Source of the DNA: Eledone cirrhosa
Lineage: Eukaryota
Reading direction: 5' to 3'
DNA: 64,000 nucleotides
NCBI GenBank assembly: GCA_964016885.1
Contig: OZ024742.1
Coordinates: 189,038,001-189,102,000, forward strand
Shown: positions 13,489 to 27,845 of the stretch, piece by piece
How positions within the stretch are numbered: the first letter of the stretch is position 1
Layout of the letters: every line of letters starts with the position of its first letter
Notes under the pieces: model-generated
The model's database searches: none
What the model saw: the letters and a program-made list of their open reading frames with translations, nothing else
What the model was told of the DNA's origin: nothing
Made by a program: the position numbers and the translations under genes

Positions 13489-14136
13489 CCAAATACAAAC
13501 AATTTACTGTAACTCTTATCCGGAGAGACCCGGCGAAATGAAAATATACTTCAAAGTAAAACACTTTTTTTATTAAATTCTCATTTTGTTTTCTGTAAAC
13601 ATAGAAAAGAATGAAACTGTAAGTACAATATGTTTCGTATCATAATGTTGGGATAAGAACGATCTGTTATATTAATCACAAGCATGAACGAATGTAGCTT
13701 CGTTAGCAAACAGGCTGAAAATCTAAAAAGAATTAATTTAAACCGGATTTCTTAAACATTGTGGGATAGATGACGTATAGAATGCCGTGACTTGTCAGGT
13801 TTTCTAAACATTATATAAGTTTAAAGAGCTATTTATATATTTACGGATGGTTCGACTATAATTCTTTGAAGAAATTGTGTTCCTTCTTAAATTTGGTTAT
13901 TCATTATTTATTACTAATTATGAGCATATCAGGCCATCGTCTCTGTAAGGACTACTGGCCATATTCTGAAATTTAAGGAAACAGATTTGTGCATACAGTA
14001 AAATATAATTTGACTGAATATTTCAGTCTCGATTCCATACTAAACTAGAAGGAAGCAACTGATAAAATCGTGTTCCTCATAAACTGTTGTCATAGTATAT
14101 ATATATATAAATATATAAAGTAGTACTAAATTAGAG

Positions 14137-14190
<54 letters not shown>

Positions 14191-14514
14191 CATTTTTTGT
14201 GTGTGGGCATATGTGTGTATTTTGGTGTAATTGGTGGGGCGACAATTCGGGGGTGTATACACCGATATTCACGCGGGTGCTTACGTGTCCGCGTGACCAA
14301 TTAAGGATTCGTGTGTGTGTGCACGCGCGCGTGTGTGTGCGTTTTATTATGCGCATTGGTCAGTCAAAAACATGCTTTGATGTAAATAGGAAGCAGGTGT
14401 TTGTGTCACGCTTGAACCACATACGTACGCCCTACACAAAAGATAGAGCCGATGCCTACATATATACACCGTCTCGGCCCACATGCCACAACAAACATAT
14501 CTTTTGTCGCATCA

Positions 14515-14604
14515 CCAGTCTGAGGAGCAGATCGATACTGGAGTCGGGTCTATAACTCATATGGGTCACCTTGAGCCAATCATCTGCGAAACACGCGTAA
14601 CAGG
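14515..14604 (+). ncRNA. HHR with extended stem II, in CpG-rich element 14190-14730
   Basis: ccagt-CTGAGGA-GCAGAT...ATCTGC-GAAA-CACGCG-TA-acagg. Confidence 0.75.
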
Positions 14605-14728
14605 CCAATACGCCATAAATATTTTTCACGTGTAAACGAAACTTTCTCGCTTTTCCTATTACATACACTCTACCTGTGCATAGGGTGTTTGATTTGCTAC
14701 CAACACCAATATTTCCCCGTACTACCTA

Positions 14729-14759
<31 letters not shown>

Positions 14760-14773
<14 letters not shown>

Positions 14774-15256
14774 TGTAGTTCCTGTCTGTTTGTTTGTTTG
14801 GTTGGTTGGTTGGTTGTTTGTTCACGAATATATATAGTTTGGGAGATAAACCTCCATAACTATATATATTCTGAAACTACATTGCCCTGGGTACTTGGAT
14901 AAGTATATTTCATTTTAATCAAAGGGTTCCCCGGGGGCACAAAGCCCGGCTGAAAGTATCTCCCTTCGATTTATATGAAATTTAAACCATAGGTAAATAA
15001 CAAGATATGATACCTATTCACAAAAGTCTTGAATTGATATAAGAAACAAAATAAGAATAAGATTTAATAATGTAATTTTGATTTGATATATTACAAAAAA
15101 TAATGTTTTCCAATTTTTCATGGATTACATTTAACATTGACTAATATTCAAATGCAGTGTTTTTTTCCATAAATTATATCACTGATTGAAAATCAATCAT
15201 CATTTTCTTACAAAACAAATGTGTGAAACGCAGTAGGGCACGGCTGATTTGACTAG
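14760..15256 (+). mobile_element. Non-autonomous Helitron
   Basis: 5' tatatataaag followed by (ctgt/ttgt/tggt)n; 3' imperfect hairpin cagtagggcacggctg then CTAG|T at 15253-15257. Confidence 0.65.
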
Positions 15257-15260
15257 TATA

Positions 15261-15314
<54 letters not shown>

Positions 15315-15467
15315 CAAGATGTATGGTAGGTCGTATGTGAATCGCGATGATCACGCCTGACCTACCAAATATGCGACGGTAGCTAGTTAAGCTCTATGCG
15401 TATAAGCAGAGCAGAAATATTAATGAAAAAGAACAAAGGAACTATTATGACATTATAACAAGTTTAT

Positions 15468-15514
15468 TGCCGACAGCCGTTTCGTCCGACCATATGGTGG
15501 GACTTTTCAAGGCA
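15468..15514 (-). ncRNA. Minimal HHR, U3-A8 variant
   Basis: Minus strand: tgcc-TTGAAAA-gtcc c acca ta tggt c ggac-GAAA-CGGCTG-TC-ggca. Confidence 0.8.
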
Positions 15515-15625
15515 TATAACATGTTATATATATATATATTAATCTTCATATGGGGGACAAAATTCTAGTGAGTGTACATCGTTAAATTTTCTCCCTCATA
15601 TCAAGGATTTGAAGACAATTCATTT

Positions 15626-15699
15626 TCACCTGACGAATTCAGTGATAATCGATCATGGCCATATGATCGATCTATCTCTTATTGAAACATGTGTTGTGA
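15626..15699 (+). ncRNA. Minimal HHR
   Basis: tcac-CTGACGA-stem II containing atcgatcat/atgatcgat-GAAA-CATGTG-TT-gtga. Confidence 0.7.
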
Positions 15700-15794
15700 T
15701 TAAAATGATTGGAAATTTACACCATGCCTTTGGATCTTTATTTTGATACAAATACTCCGTTTTGCATCATCTAGCTGTTCCCATAAATGGAATT

Positions 15795-15854
<60 letters not shown>

Positions 15855-15997
15855 GTCACCTTGAGCTAGTTTCATGGACGGTTTCAACGTACGGTTACGG
15901 GTAACTCGACAAGTTTGTAAGAATCACGTTCAATCTTGGTGTGTAAAGGATAAAAGAGAAAACACAGGTAAGCATTAAAAAAAGGATTTTATCCAGG

Positions 15998-16098
15998 TAT
16001 TTACGACCGTTTCATCGGTAAGTGAAACCTTATATTGCTATACTGCAAATAGCAGACACTCAATAATAATTGTTGTACACGTCCAAATTTTCAAAATA
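15998..16098 (-). ncRNA. HHR of family A, inverted pLTR copy (U3-A8)
   Basis: Reverse complement of 19001-19101. Confidence 0.6.
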
Positions 16099-16415
16099 GT
16101 GAATAAGTTACTCTTAACAAGTTCTTAATATATAGAGAAAAACATTTTTTGGAATTGTATTTGCTAGTATAGAGAGGGAGGAAGAGAAATTAGAAAGTGG
16201 AGGGACAAAGGGAGTAGTATAGAGAGAGAGGAAGGGGGAGAAGAATTAGGAAGTAGGGTGATAAACTGAGATGGAGGGAGGGGTATATGTGGAAGGAATC
16301 TTTGATCAGTTTTGATATATTTAGACATGATGTCGTTGATTTAGAGTGTAGTGAGTTAAAGAGAATTAAATTGTTTATAGTGGGAGAGATGGAGAGAGAG
16401 AGAGAGAGAGAGTGG

Positions 16416-16446
<31 letters not shown>

Positions 16447-16484
16447 GGAGATAGAGAGATAAACATATATATATAAAAAAATAC

Positions 16485-18430
16485 ATACAATAGCTTCATA
16501 CGGAAGGAATTACATAGGAAATACAAAAAAACTAACGAGACGGCACTGATAAACATCAACAACGAGGCACACAATATAGTCAAACGCCTAGGAATAGAGG
16601 ACAGAACGGAGCCACTTAGGCCATGTACCCCCACATTTAATCTCAAGGACCATAAGGTAAATTATGATTATAACCCCACAATTAGACTTATATGCCCGTC
16701 CAAATCGGACATTGGGAAAATTAGTAAACATATATTAGACAGAGTGATAGCACAAATGAAGAATAAACTAGTAATTAAACTATGGGGTAACGCTACCGAA
16801 ACAATTAAATGGTTTAACAAAAAAGTATCTAAGTTTATACAATTTGACATCAACGACTATTACTCCTCTATATCTCCCAACATATTGGATAAAGCCTTAA
16901 TATTCGCCAAAGCCAATTCTGACCTGACAGACGACGAGATAACAATTATATTAGCTGCTAGGAAAACAATAATTAAATTTGAAAACGCCTATTGGGAACG
17001 TAAGGATAGATTAAATAACTTCGACATCACGATGGGGGCTAATGACTCGGCTCAAGTCACAGATTTAGTAGGTATTTACATAGCCCATCATTTACAGAGG
17101 GAGTTTAGCGACCTTCACGGTGGAATCTACAGAGACGATGCCCTTCTCCTAGTTAAAAACCTAAATAACCAGAGCATAGAAAGACTGCGTAAGAATATTA
17201 GAAAGACTATCGGGAAACTGGGCCTTAGCATAACGTATGATATAGCACTAAAATAGTTAACTTTCTAGACGCGACGCTTAATCTAAATACGGGACTTATA
17301 AGACCCTTTCACAAGATTAATGAAAACTTAGCATACATCGACTGTAATTCGAACCACCCACTATCCATAATTAAATACGTTCCGCGCAGTATATCCCTTA
17401 GGATCTCCCGCCTCTCGTCTAACCAACAAATCTTCGAGGAACATGCAGAGTACTACAATACCGCACTAGACAAGTACTACAATACCGCACTAGATAGAGT
17501 AGAATATATAGATGAAAGCCTCCGCAAAGCACACACGAACACGCATAACACAAACTCCAGAAACACACGCACACACACATTTACGCATAGAACTACAAAT
17601 TATAATGAAAATAGAAATAGAACATCGAAATCAAGCAGGTCACGCAGTAGAAAATATATTTGGTATAACCCCATATTTAACACCTGTTAGTACTAACCTA
17701 CCCTCTACCTTCTTTAGAATAATAAATAAGCACTTTCCAGATTCACATAGATACAGCAAAATCCTTAACACTAAATCTATTAGACTATCTTACTCCACGG
17801 CACCAAACATAGAGGCACATATTAAGATGCTTAACGCTAAAAAGATACGTAACAACACCAGAACACAAATTTAGAACAAAAACAATACAATTACCATTGA
17901 ACACAACAGAATATCTAATACACAACCACCCACTAATAGGCAAACAAGACGTAACACACTTGTACAGGCATCGCATCCTACTAATAATGCCAAGGTTGCT
18001 CATGACAAGAATTGTAATTGCCACCTACCTGAAACCTGTCCATTACATAACGAATGTATGCAGTCTAACCTGGTTTACCAATGCACAGTGGAATTAGACA
18101 ACCAGAAATGGTATTACATCGGAGCGACTGGGAATACATTTAAAGCTCGTTGGTATACACAGCGTTACGCAATGAAACATTCTCAGCATCGTTATGTAAC
18201 TACCCTTGCGAACAAGACCTGGCAACTGAGGAAAAGTAACCATTAATACACCCTGAAGTGGAAAAAATTATCGAACGCGCCCTCATATCGGAGTGGTATG
18301 AGAAGCTGTCGATTATGTGACCCTGAGCTGTTCCACATTTTGAGTTCGAAGAATAAGTTACTCAGCAGTAAAATCGAAAGATCGATTTAGTGTAACCATA
18401 GACTCAAAGAAAAGTTGTCGCACTGCAAGT
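16485..18430 (+). pseudogene. Frameshifted PLE reverse transcriptase + GIY-YIG endonuclease
   Basis: FIQFDINDYYSSI, FDITMGANDSAQVTDLVG, GIYRDDAL, NFLD, SNHP; Cys linker CNC..CPL..C; LVYQC..YYIGATGNTFKARW; stops and frameshifts. Confidence 0.9.
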
Positions 18431-19000
18431 GCAAATCGACAATTTGCATATACTTAGACTTTCTACCCTCTTATTGTATACAACCCATTTAATTACCCAC
18501 AAAAAAACAATACCTATATCCCTCCCTTCTCCTTCATTCTTTTTATATTTCTTTTCGTTTTCTTCCTTTCTTCTCTCTCCTTTTTATGTATTTTCTTTTC
18601 TTCTTTCTCCCCTCCCCTCTTCTTTACTTTATTTATTTATTTATTTATTATTTTTTTTTTTTATAAATATATATTTATCTCTCTATCTCTCCCCCCTCTC
18701 TCTCTCAATCCCTCCCACTATAAACAATTTAATTCTCTTTAACTCACTACACTCTAAATCAACGACATCATGTCTACATATATCAAAACTGATCAAAGAT
18801 TCCTTCCACCTGTACCCCTCCCTCCATCTCAGTTTGTCACCCTACTTCCTAATTCGTCTCCCCTTCCTCTCTCTCTTTATACTACTCCCTTTGTCCCTCC
18901 ACTTTCTAATTCTTTTTCCTCTCTCTCTATACTAGCAAATACAATTCCCAAAAATGTTTTTCTCTATATATTAAGAACTTGTTAAGAGTAACGTATTCAC

Positions 19001-19101
19001 TATTTTGAAAAGTTGGACGTGTACAACAATTATTATTGAGTGGCTGCTATTTTCAGTATAGCAATATAAGGTTTCACTTACCGATGAAACGGTCGTAAAT
19101 A
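19001..19101 (+). ncRNA. HHR of family A (U3-A8, long stem II)
   Basis: tatt-TTGAAAA-gttgg...ccgat-GAAA-CGGTCG-TA-aata. Confidence 0.65.
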
Positions 19102-19146
19102 CCTGGATAAAATCCTTTTTTTAATGCTTACCTGTGTTTCTCTTTT

Positions 19147-19181
<35 letters not shown>

Positions 19182-19185
<4 letters not shown>

Positions 19186-19570
19186 GAATAATCGAGTATC
19201 GAAAAATCGGCGCACGAGTTCACGATAAACAAAATTCGACATGAGTGGCAGAGGGCTCAATAATTCAGAGAAATCAGAGCTATAACTATCGTTAAAATAC
19301 CAACACACATAGATTATGTCTAAAATCAACCATACGACCGAAAAATTACGATCAGGAAGATTCGGGTCACTCAGATAAAATATCAATAAATCAATAAATC
19401 ATGTGAATGTAAAAAGCTTACCCGGACCCACTAGAAAGATGGTAAATCTAGCTTCTTGGGTTTCTATAAATCCTTAAACCGCCCACTATCAGCCCACATA
19501 AAAATATATAAGACTTCTAGAGAGCGGCGGACAGGAAATACTTTATCAACGAGCTTTGTCCAGACGAATA
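19182..19570 (-). mobile_element. pLTR-like element with degenerate U3-A8 HHR (19413-19557)
   Basis: Minus strand: aaagct-cg-TTGATAA...ccgcc/ggcgg...GAAA-CCC...GGG-TA-agcttt; tail homologous to 35530-35745. Confidence 0.55.
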
Positions 19571-19879
19571 TATATATATATATACGTATATGTATGTATA
19601 TGTATGTATATGTATGTATGCGTATGTATGCTATCAATTGACATGTGCATTACTGTGGGCATATCAATATGTCATAAATTTATATTTAGCTATCTAGTTA
19701 TTTAAGATGCCCTCTATGTAATGACCTGTATACATATAAATATTAGTCTACGTTACATAATACTTTATGCATTTATAGATTGCTAGATAGTATCCAGCAT
19801 TCCATACGTTCTAGAAATATATCTGCATGTGTACTTATAAATATGTACTATATTCTCATACATATATTATGTATTATAT

Positions 19880-19956
<77 letters not shown>

Positions 19957-20026
19957 TTATATTGTATATATATATATATAATGTATATGCATATAAATAT
20001 TATAAATAATAATATATTGTTTTATA

Positions 20027-20066
<40 letters not shown>

Positions 20067-20519
20067 TGTAGGCGTGTATATATTATATTGGCGTGTCAGT
20101 GTATGATAAGTTAAGTAGATTCTTGTCAGATTTATTTCAATGCTCGTGATCTTGTAAACAAGAAGGAGGGTTCGTCGAAACAGAGTTTTCTATTACTGTC
20201 GTAAATACCAACTTCCGCTCAACAAAAGCCACAGGTTCACACATCCAAAATGTCAGATGTTATATCTACGCTGTTATTTCATCAGCATATTTATTACTGA
20301 TAAATAACAACTTAATGAGATATATACACGCAATAATATTCTATTCATGACAACTTGACATTTCGCTACTGGAAGGAATATTTTTTTTCAATTTATTTTA
20401 ATCCTGATATTTCTACCTTAGTATATTGAAATATTTAGTTTATTCTAATCATATGGTTGATTAAGGTCATTATTGTATTCTGCTTTATTTCATCTTTGCT
20501 ATATATGTTTTTATAATAG

Positions 20520-20730
20520 TTTCTTATATTGGTGCAAGGCCACCAATATGGATGGAGGAGGAAATTCAATTAAATCGACCCCAGTGGGTGATTGGTACTT
20601 TATTTTACCGACCCCGTAAGGATGAAAGGCAAAGTTAACTTCAGCGGGTTTTGAACTCAGATCATAAAGGGTCGTAACTCTATGCAGCAAAGCATGGTGT
20701 CCGACCCTCTACCGATACAGCCAATCCACT
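20520..20730 (-). mobile_element. tRNA/Meta SINE (long variant)
   Basis: Matches family consensus. Confidence 0.85.
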
Positions 20731-21037
20731 GATTGTGTTTAATGATGTTACTGCTACAATCAGAATGCATACAAATATTTATACATACATAAATACTTCG
20801 TTTATGTATTTGTTTTGCAATATTCTTGATGTGAAGTTATGTGTTGAAACAAATATTGTTATACTTTAGCCGGGCCATATATCCAAGAAAAACGCGCGCA
20901 TCAATTGATTTTTGATTCAGTTTATATTAGTTATAAAACTAATCAATACATTAGTTAGTTAAATATCCTGATGCCCGTTTAATTTTCATATATATTTGTC
21001 AAATCTCATTCTTCACACATTCTGTGACCTTCGCAAT

Positions 21038-21075
21038 AACTAATCTTGCTCCTCTGTTTCGTCTTTTAGGTAAAT
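21038..21075 (+). promoter_or_regulatory. Candidate recursive splice site (TAG|GTAAAT)
   Basis: Branch-like ACTAAT at 21039-21044, pyrimidine tract, AG at 21068-21069 then GTAAAT. Confidence 0.45.
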
Positions 21076-21329
21076 ATAATAACTTTAGTATAAAAAAGTT
21101 CTCTGTCACTAAACCAGCGCCGTTTTCAGGTGAATTGATACCAAAACTGTTAAGCGTGATTGTCGCGTTCACATGTATTAAATAATTCTTTGTACTTTTG
21201 ACACGATGTCAGCAATTTGTATGCAAAGAAAAAGACAATTGAATCGACCCATTACGGTAATTTATTAATCCCCTAAAGATGAAAGGGAAATCTAGCCCGA
21301 CAATCCACCGCCATACATGTACTTATCAA

Positions 21330-21520
21330 TGGTTTCTGACTTACGTACAAGACCAAGAATTGTGTGCAGGGAAAAGTCGGTTAATTCGACTCTAGTGCAT
21401 TACTGATACTTTATTTTATCGACCCCGTAAGGATGAAATGTAAAACTAACCTCGGCTGGATTTGAACTCAGAACATAGATGATCATAACTAGATGCAGTA
21501 ACGATTCTGCCAATTTATCA
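21330..21520 (-). mobile_element. Degenerate tRNA/Meta SINE
   Basis: Meta core and B box recognisable. Confidence 0.75.
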
Positions 21521-21884
21521 CTTTTCATCCCTATATAATTAATGGCAATGGGAATAATCACCCTAAACTCGAATAATTTATTATTTAATTATCCATTAAG
21601 AATGTATGGCCAACGATGAACGTCGATAATAATGAGAAAGTTAGCTATAATACAGAAACTCTATAAAGTATTGATTATTTTCAAAATGATTTTAAAGTTA
21701 TAGTCAATGACATTCTGTAGAAATATGGACACGAATAGGTTCAAGTATTCATATTTATCTGAAAGCTTCCCATCATGATTTTATGTCGGAATCTTTGTTA
21801 AGATGTGCTCAAAATACCAATTTAGTAATCCGAAAGTTAGTTTATACTACTGAATAAATTCTTCATTATTTACACAACAAAGGG

Positions 21885-22025
21885 GAGGTGGATTGACAGA
21901 ATCGGTAGAGGATCGGACGCCATGCTTTGACGCATAGAATTACGATCCTTGCCATTCTGAGTTCAAATCCTGCCTAGGTTAACTTTGCCTTTCATCCTTA
22001 CAGGGTCGATAAAATAAAAACAATT
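21885..22025 (+). mobile_element. tRNA/Meta SINE, 3'-deleted
   Basis: A/B boxes and core. Confidence 0.8.
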
Positions 22026-22493
22026 ATTTTCACAATAATTTGAGAATAAGTATCCTACATTAGAATTATAGTACCGAAAGGGTTAAATCATATACTATAA
22101 TTTTCAAGAACTGTGTTACAACGAAACAAACTAACCTATATTGTTTATTAGTGGTAAAGATTGGCAGGATATACGCTGTGAACTAGACTTCATGGTGATT
22201 CTAAAATATCAGAGAATGTCTAAAGGTTATTTAAAGCAATTTAAAACTATCTACAGTAAGAAAAATAAAACAAATATGCTTTCGAAATGAACTAGGACAC
22301 CCACAAGGCTTGATATTTTATTACATATGAAGCCGGTAAATGAATTGTTATGGTTGCAGAAGGAAGAAGGAAAAGAAACTATAACAAAACAAAATGAATA
22401 GAAAATTAAATAAGGAAATAGAAAGATAGATAGACGTACATAGGAAAACATAACGACGACATTATTAACTTTAACTGTAACAACAGTAATATC

Positions 22494-22526
<33 letters not shown>

Positions 22527-22541
22527 TGTATATATATAAAA

Positions 22542-22579
<38 letters not shown>

Positions 22580-23564
22580 CTTTAATTATATCTGATATAA
22601 AATAATACAACTGGCTTTCCACAAAATACATATAGTTAGCACCCCAAACACTTAAATTGGGTTTATACTAACGTATAACGTAATGTTTGTTGAGTGAGAT
22701 GGTAACCACTCGGAGTTTAGCTTAAAGCTATCTCTGTTATTGTATTAAATATATATATATATATTTATATATATATATATGTGTGTGTGTGGGGGTGGGG
22801 GGTGGGGGGTGTTTGTGTTTGTGTGTGTGTGTGTGTTTATGTATGTGTGTGTGTGTTCATGGGAGACTTTAAATGTTATAATATATATTGTGTGAGTTAC
22901 ACAAGAAGTTGTTTTGAATTTCGAAATAGGTCATTATTTTAAGTGAAATTTAGGCCATTCTAATAAATAACATGGATGAATGGAACTATAGAAGCTAGAG
23001 CTTCGGCACGAAAAGTGGATAAATAAAAACATCTTCTGTCTTAGGCATTTATTTCATGTCTAGATATCTTCGTAAGGTCCTTATCCAAAAGGAAAATAGA
23101 GAGCGTTCAATTTCTCATTTTGCGTAAGCTATATTCCTTTTCGTGTGAGGTAGCCTGTCTCAAATTAACTAGAATTTCAAGGTCATGAAGAATAGGAATA
23201 GATTGTCATCAAAATAGCTTGGCATATGGCAGGGTGAGGAGAACATCAATGTTATTCCGGCTTTCTGTGATCTGGATTAAAATCCTGCCGAGTTGAACTT
23301 TGCATTTCACCCATTCTAGGTCCGGGAGGTTTGGATTAGCAGTATTATTAAAGAGTTGGACAGGGTGCTTCGCATTAACTAATCAGATTTTATGCGTTCT
23401 GTGTTCAAATTTCACGTCCTTCTGCCATGAAATATTACCGACTGGTAGATAGCATCACTAAAGCAAAGACTAGCCAAAGAATAGTTTCTTTTATCCAATT
23501 TGTCAATCAACTTCTTTTTAGTTTTTTAAGAAACCTTCATAGAATATTGTGATTCATTAGGCAT

Positions 23565-23757
23565 TATTGGCAGATTGCCAGTATCGGTAGAGGATGGGGC
23601 GCCATGCTTTGCAGTATAGAGTTACGGCCCTTTACGGTCTGAGTTCAAATCCCGCCGAGGTTAACTTTGCCTTTCATCCTTATGTGGTCGATATAATAAA
23701 GTACCAGTAATGCACTGGAATAATTGCGACCGTGTGCCAAAAGTAGAAATAATTATT
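23565..23757 (+). mobile_element. tRNA/Meta SINE
   Basis: Matches family consensus. Confidence 0.85.
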
Positions 23758-24107
23758 AGCGTAGCTGAATAACTTCGTTATCAACGGTAATGTCTGTTTC
23801 AAATACCATGGTGATATACACCTGAAAGTATCGGCACTTCATTTAATGGCCCCACCAAATAAAGAATAACAATAAATACTATGTAAGATACTATGGAGAC
23901 ATGTTTTTATATTTAACATAGAAAAAGTATTTTTTATTCACATTCTATGTTTTAAAACATACGTAAAACACCAACTCGATTGTAAATATTGTATATTGAT
24001 GAAAATGTTTCCTGCCGATTGTCGTAAATATAGACACATACATACATATTTATGTGTGTAATTTTCCTATGAAATATTTTTCACATATAATATATAGACA
24101 CACATGC

Positions 24108-24142
<35 letters not shown>

Positions 24143-24212
24143 TATGTATATCTATATATTCATACGGTTGAGTCGCTATTATGTATGTTTATATATTTAT
24201 ACAGTTGAGTCG

Positions 24213-24306
<94 letters not shown>

Positions 24307-24317
24307 CGCACTCAACC

Positions 24318-24377
<60 letters not shown>

Positions 24378-24380
<3 letters not shown>

Positions 24381-24809
24381 AAGTTTTATTTAAATTGTTG
24401 GGTTACAACGAGTAAATATTTATAACTGATATAAAAGCACTCAACAAGTATTTGGAGTATATTTACGATATTAAATAAATGGAAACTATATTTATAAAAC
24501 CATATTTATTTCATTATATATATTTCAGGGATATCATATTAAAAATATGGTATGCCTTCTTCAGACAAAATACAATATAAACAGTCTTATAAATAGATAG
24601 ATTTGACATACCTTACAACTTCCATTTAAAAATCAACTTTTTAAATGGAAGTTGAAGTTGTAAGGTATGTCAAATCTATCTATTTATAAGACTGTTTATA
24701 TTGTATTTTGTCTGAAGAAGGCATACCATATTTTTAATATGATATCCCTGAAATATATATAATGAAATAAATATGGTTTTATAAATATAGTTTCCATTTA
24801 TTTAATATC

Positions 24810-24811
<2 letters not shown>
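24378..24811. mobile_element. Fold-back mini-element family F2 with HHR on each arm (24508-24571 minus, 24705-24768 plus)
   Basis: Near-perfect ~170-bp arms; attttgt-CTGAAGA-AGG..CATATT ttt AATATG..CCT-GAAA-TATATA-TA-atgaaat; (TA)n flanks. Confidence 0.9.
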
Positions 24812-24847
<36 letters not shown>

Positions 24848-24851
<4 letters not shown>

Positions 24852-27125
24852 GGTTGAGTCGATGATATGTATATCTCTATATTTACACGTTTGAGTCGAT
24901 GTTATATATATATATATATATATACTTATACGTTTGCGTCGCTGATATGTATATCTGTATAATTATACGTTTGAGTCACTGATATTTATAGCTTTATATT
25001 TATACGGTTGAGTCACTGATATGTATATCTATATATTTATACGGTTGAGTCACTGATATGTATATCTATATATTTATACGGTTGAGTCACTGATATGTAT
25101 ATCTATATATTTATACGGTTGAGTCACTGATATGTATATCTATATATTTATACGTTTGAGTCGCTGATCTATATATGTATACGGTTTAGTCACTGATATG
25201 TATATCTATATATTTATACGGTTGAGTCACTGATATGTATATCTATATATTTATACGTTTGAGTCGCTGATCTATATATGTATACGGTTGAATCACTGAT
25301 ATATATATCTATATATTTATACGGTTGAGTCACTGATATGTATATCTATATATTTATACGTTTGAGTCGCTGATCTATATATTTATACGGTTGAGTCACT
25401 GATATGTATATATATGTATTTACACATTTGAGTCGATGTTATATATATATATTATATACTTATACGCTTGAGTCGTTGATATATATAGTTGTATAGTTAT
25501 ACGTTTGAGTCACTGATATGTGTATCTTTATATTTATATGGTTGAGTCGATGTATTGTATATCTCTATATTTATACTGTTGATTCGTTGATATGAATATT
25601 TATATATTTATACGGTTGAGTCTATGTAATGTATATCTCTATATTTATACGGTTGAGTCGTTGATATGAATATTTATATATTCATACAGTTGAGTCGATG
25701 TAATGTATATCTCTATATTTATACGGTTGAGTCGTTGATATGAATATTTATATATTTATACGGTTGAGTCGATGTAATGTATATCTCTATATATATACGG
25801 TTGAGTCGTTGATATGAATATTTATATATTTATACGGTTGAGTCGATGTAATGTATATCTCTATATATATACGGTTGAGTCGTTGATATGAATATTTACA
25901 TGTTCATACAGTTGAGTCGATGTAATGTATATCTATATATTTATACAGCTGAGTCGTTGATATGAATATTTATATATTTATACGGTTGAGTCGATGTAAT
26001 GTATATCTATATATTTATACAGCTGAGTCGTTGATATGAATATTTACATATTCATACAGTTGAGTCGATGTAATGTATATCTATATATTTATACAGTTGA
26101 GTCGTTGATATGAATATTTATATATTTATACGGTTGAGTCGATGTAATGTATATCTCTATATATATACGGTTGAGTCGTTGATATGAATATTTATATATT
26201 CATACAGTTGAGTCGATGTAATGTATATCTATATATTTATACAGTTGAGTCGTTGATATGAATATTTATATATTTATACGGTTGAGTCGATGTAATGTAT
26301 ATCTCTATATTTATACAGTTGAGTCGTTGATATGAATATTTATATATTCATACAGTTGAGTCGATGTAATGTATATCTCTATATATATACGGTTGAGTCG
26401 TTGATATGAATATTTATATATTCATACAGTTGAATCGATGTAATGTATATCTATATATTTATACGGTTGAGTCGTTGATATGAATATTTATATATTCATA
26501 CAGTTGAGTCGATGTAATGTATATCTCTATATTTATACAGCTGAGTCGTTGATATGAATATTTATATATTCATACAGTTGAGTCGATGTAATGTATATCT
26601 CTATATTTATACAGCTGAGTCGTTGATATGAATATTTATATATTCATACAGTTGAGTCGATGTAATGTATATCTATATATTTATACAGTTGAGTCGTTGA
26701 TATGAATATTTATATATTCATACAGTTGAGTCGATGTAATGTATATCTCTATATTTATACAGTTGAGTCGTTGATATGAATTTTTATATATTCATACAGT
26801 TGAGTCGATGTAATGTATATCTCTATATTTATACAGTTGAGTCGTTGATATGAATTTTTATATATTCATACAGTTGAGTCGATGTAATGTATATCTCTAT
26901 ATTTATACGGTTGAGTCGTTGATATGAATATTTATATATTTATACGGTTGAGTCGATGTAATGTATATCTCTATATTTATACAGTTGAGTCGTTGATATG
27001 AATATTTATATATTTGTACGGTTGAGTCGATGTAATGTATATCTCTATATTTATACAGCTGAGTCGTTGATATGAATATTTATATATTCATACAGTTGAG
27101 TCGATGTAATGTATATCTATATATT
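24848..27125. repeat. Minisatellite, 37-bp monomer becoming a 74-bp dimer (about 60 monomers)
   Basis: tacggttgagtcactgatatgtatatctatatattta units, then from about 25535 alternating ..gtcgatgtaatg../..gtcgttgatatg.. units. Confidence 0.95.
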
Positions 27126-27535
27126 TTATTAATTACTATATTTACTCACAACTCACATCTTTTGATTGCCCTTTAGATATTCTGAAGAGTTGCATGGTCA
27201 TCCGGAAGCTCCTAGACCTGTTGAAGTCTACATTAAGGATTGTTTTAAACGGTAAACTTCTGCACTAGCACTGTTCTGTTGGGGGTTTTAAAACATCCCT
27301 TTCTGAGCAAAGTAACAGAAAGCACTGCTAGCCAAAGAGTCATTACTGCACATATATACTTGTCTGCATTGTACACATACGCACACACACACACACACAC
27401 ACAATCACACAGACACTTGCGCGCATATATGTATATATATATGTGTGTGTGTGTGTGTGTTTATGTATGTATATATATATATAGAGAGAGAGGGGGGGGG
27501 GGGTGAAAGAGAGAGAGAGATTAAAACACACACAG

Positions 27536-27579
<44 letters not shown>

Positions 27580-27700
27580 TGGTATACCGCACTTCAATCG
27601 CGGCACTACTACCAAGCTCCTGTTTCGTACATGTATATATATATATATATTATATATACGCGATATCGAGGGGGCAGCCAGCATATATATATATATATAC

Positions 27701-27746
<46 letters not shown>

Positions 27747-27803
27747 GTTTAAAGAAAGAAAAAGAGAGAGAGAGGGAGAGAGAGATTAAAACAATCATGA
27801 GGT

Positions 27804-27845
<42 letters not shown>

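Larger units (their letters stand above)
15852..19149 (+). mobile_element. Penelope-like retroelement family A, 5'-truncated, with inverted tailed pLTR
   Basis: 15949-16482 is the reverse complement of 18660-19149, with an extra tail at 15852-15948; RT and GIY-YIG body between; (TA)n on both flanks. Confidence 0.9.

Noticed and set aside
22068-22086. piggyBac-like right end (cgaaagggTTAA)
   Set aside because: No matching left TIR found
24848-27125. CRISPR-like array (37-bp periodicity)
   Set aside because: Intervening sequences are themselves repeats, with no unique spacers or cas genes; eukaryotic context
27175-27260. CTGAAGA core
   Set aside because: No matching stem II-GAAA downstream
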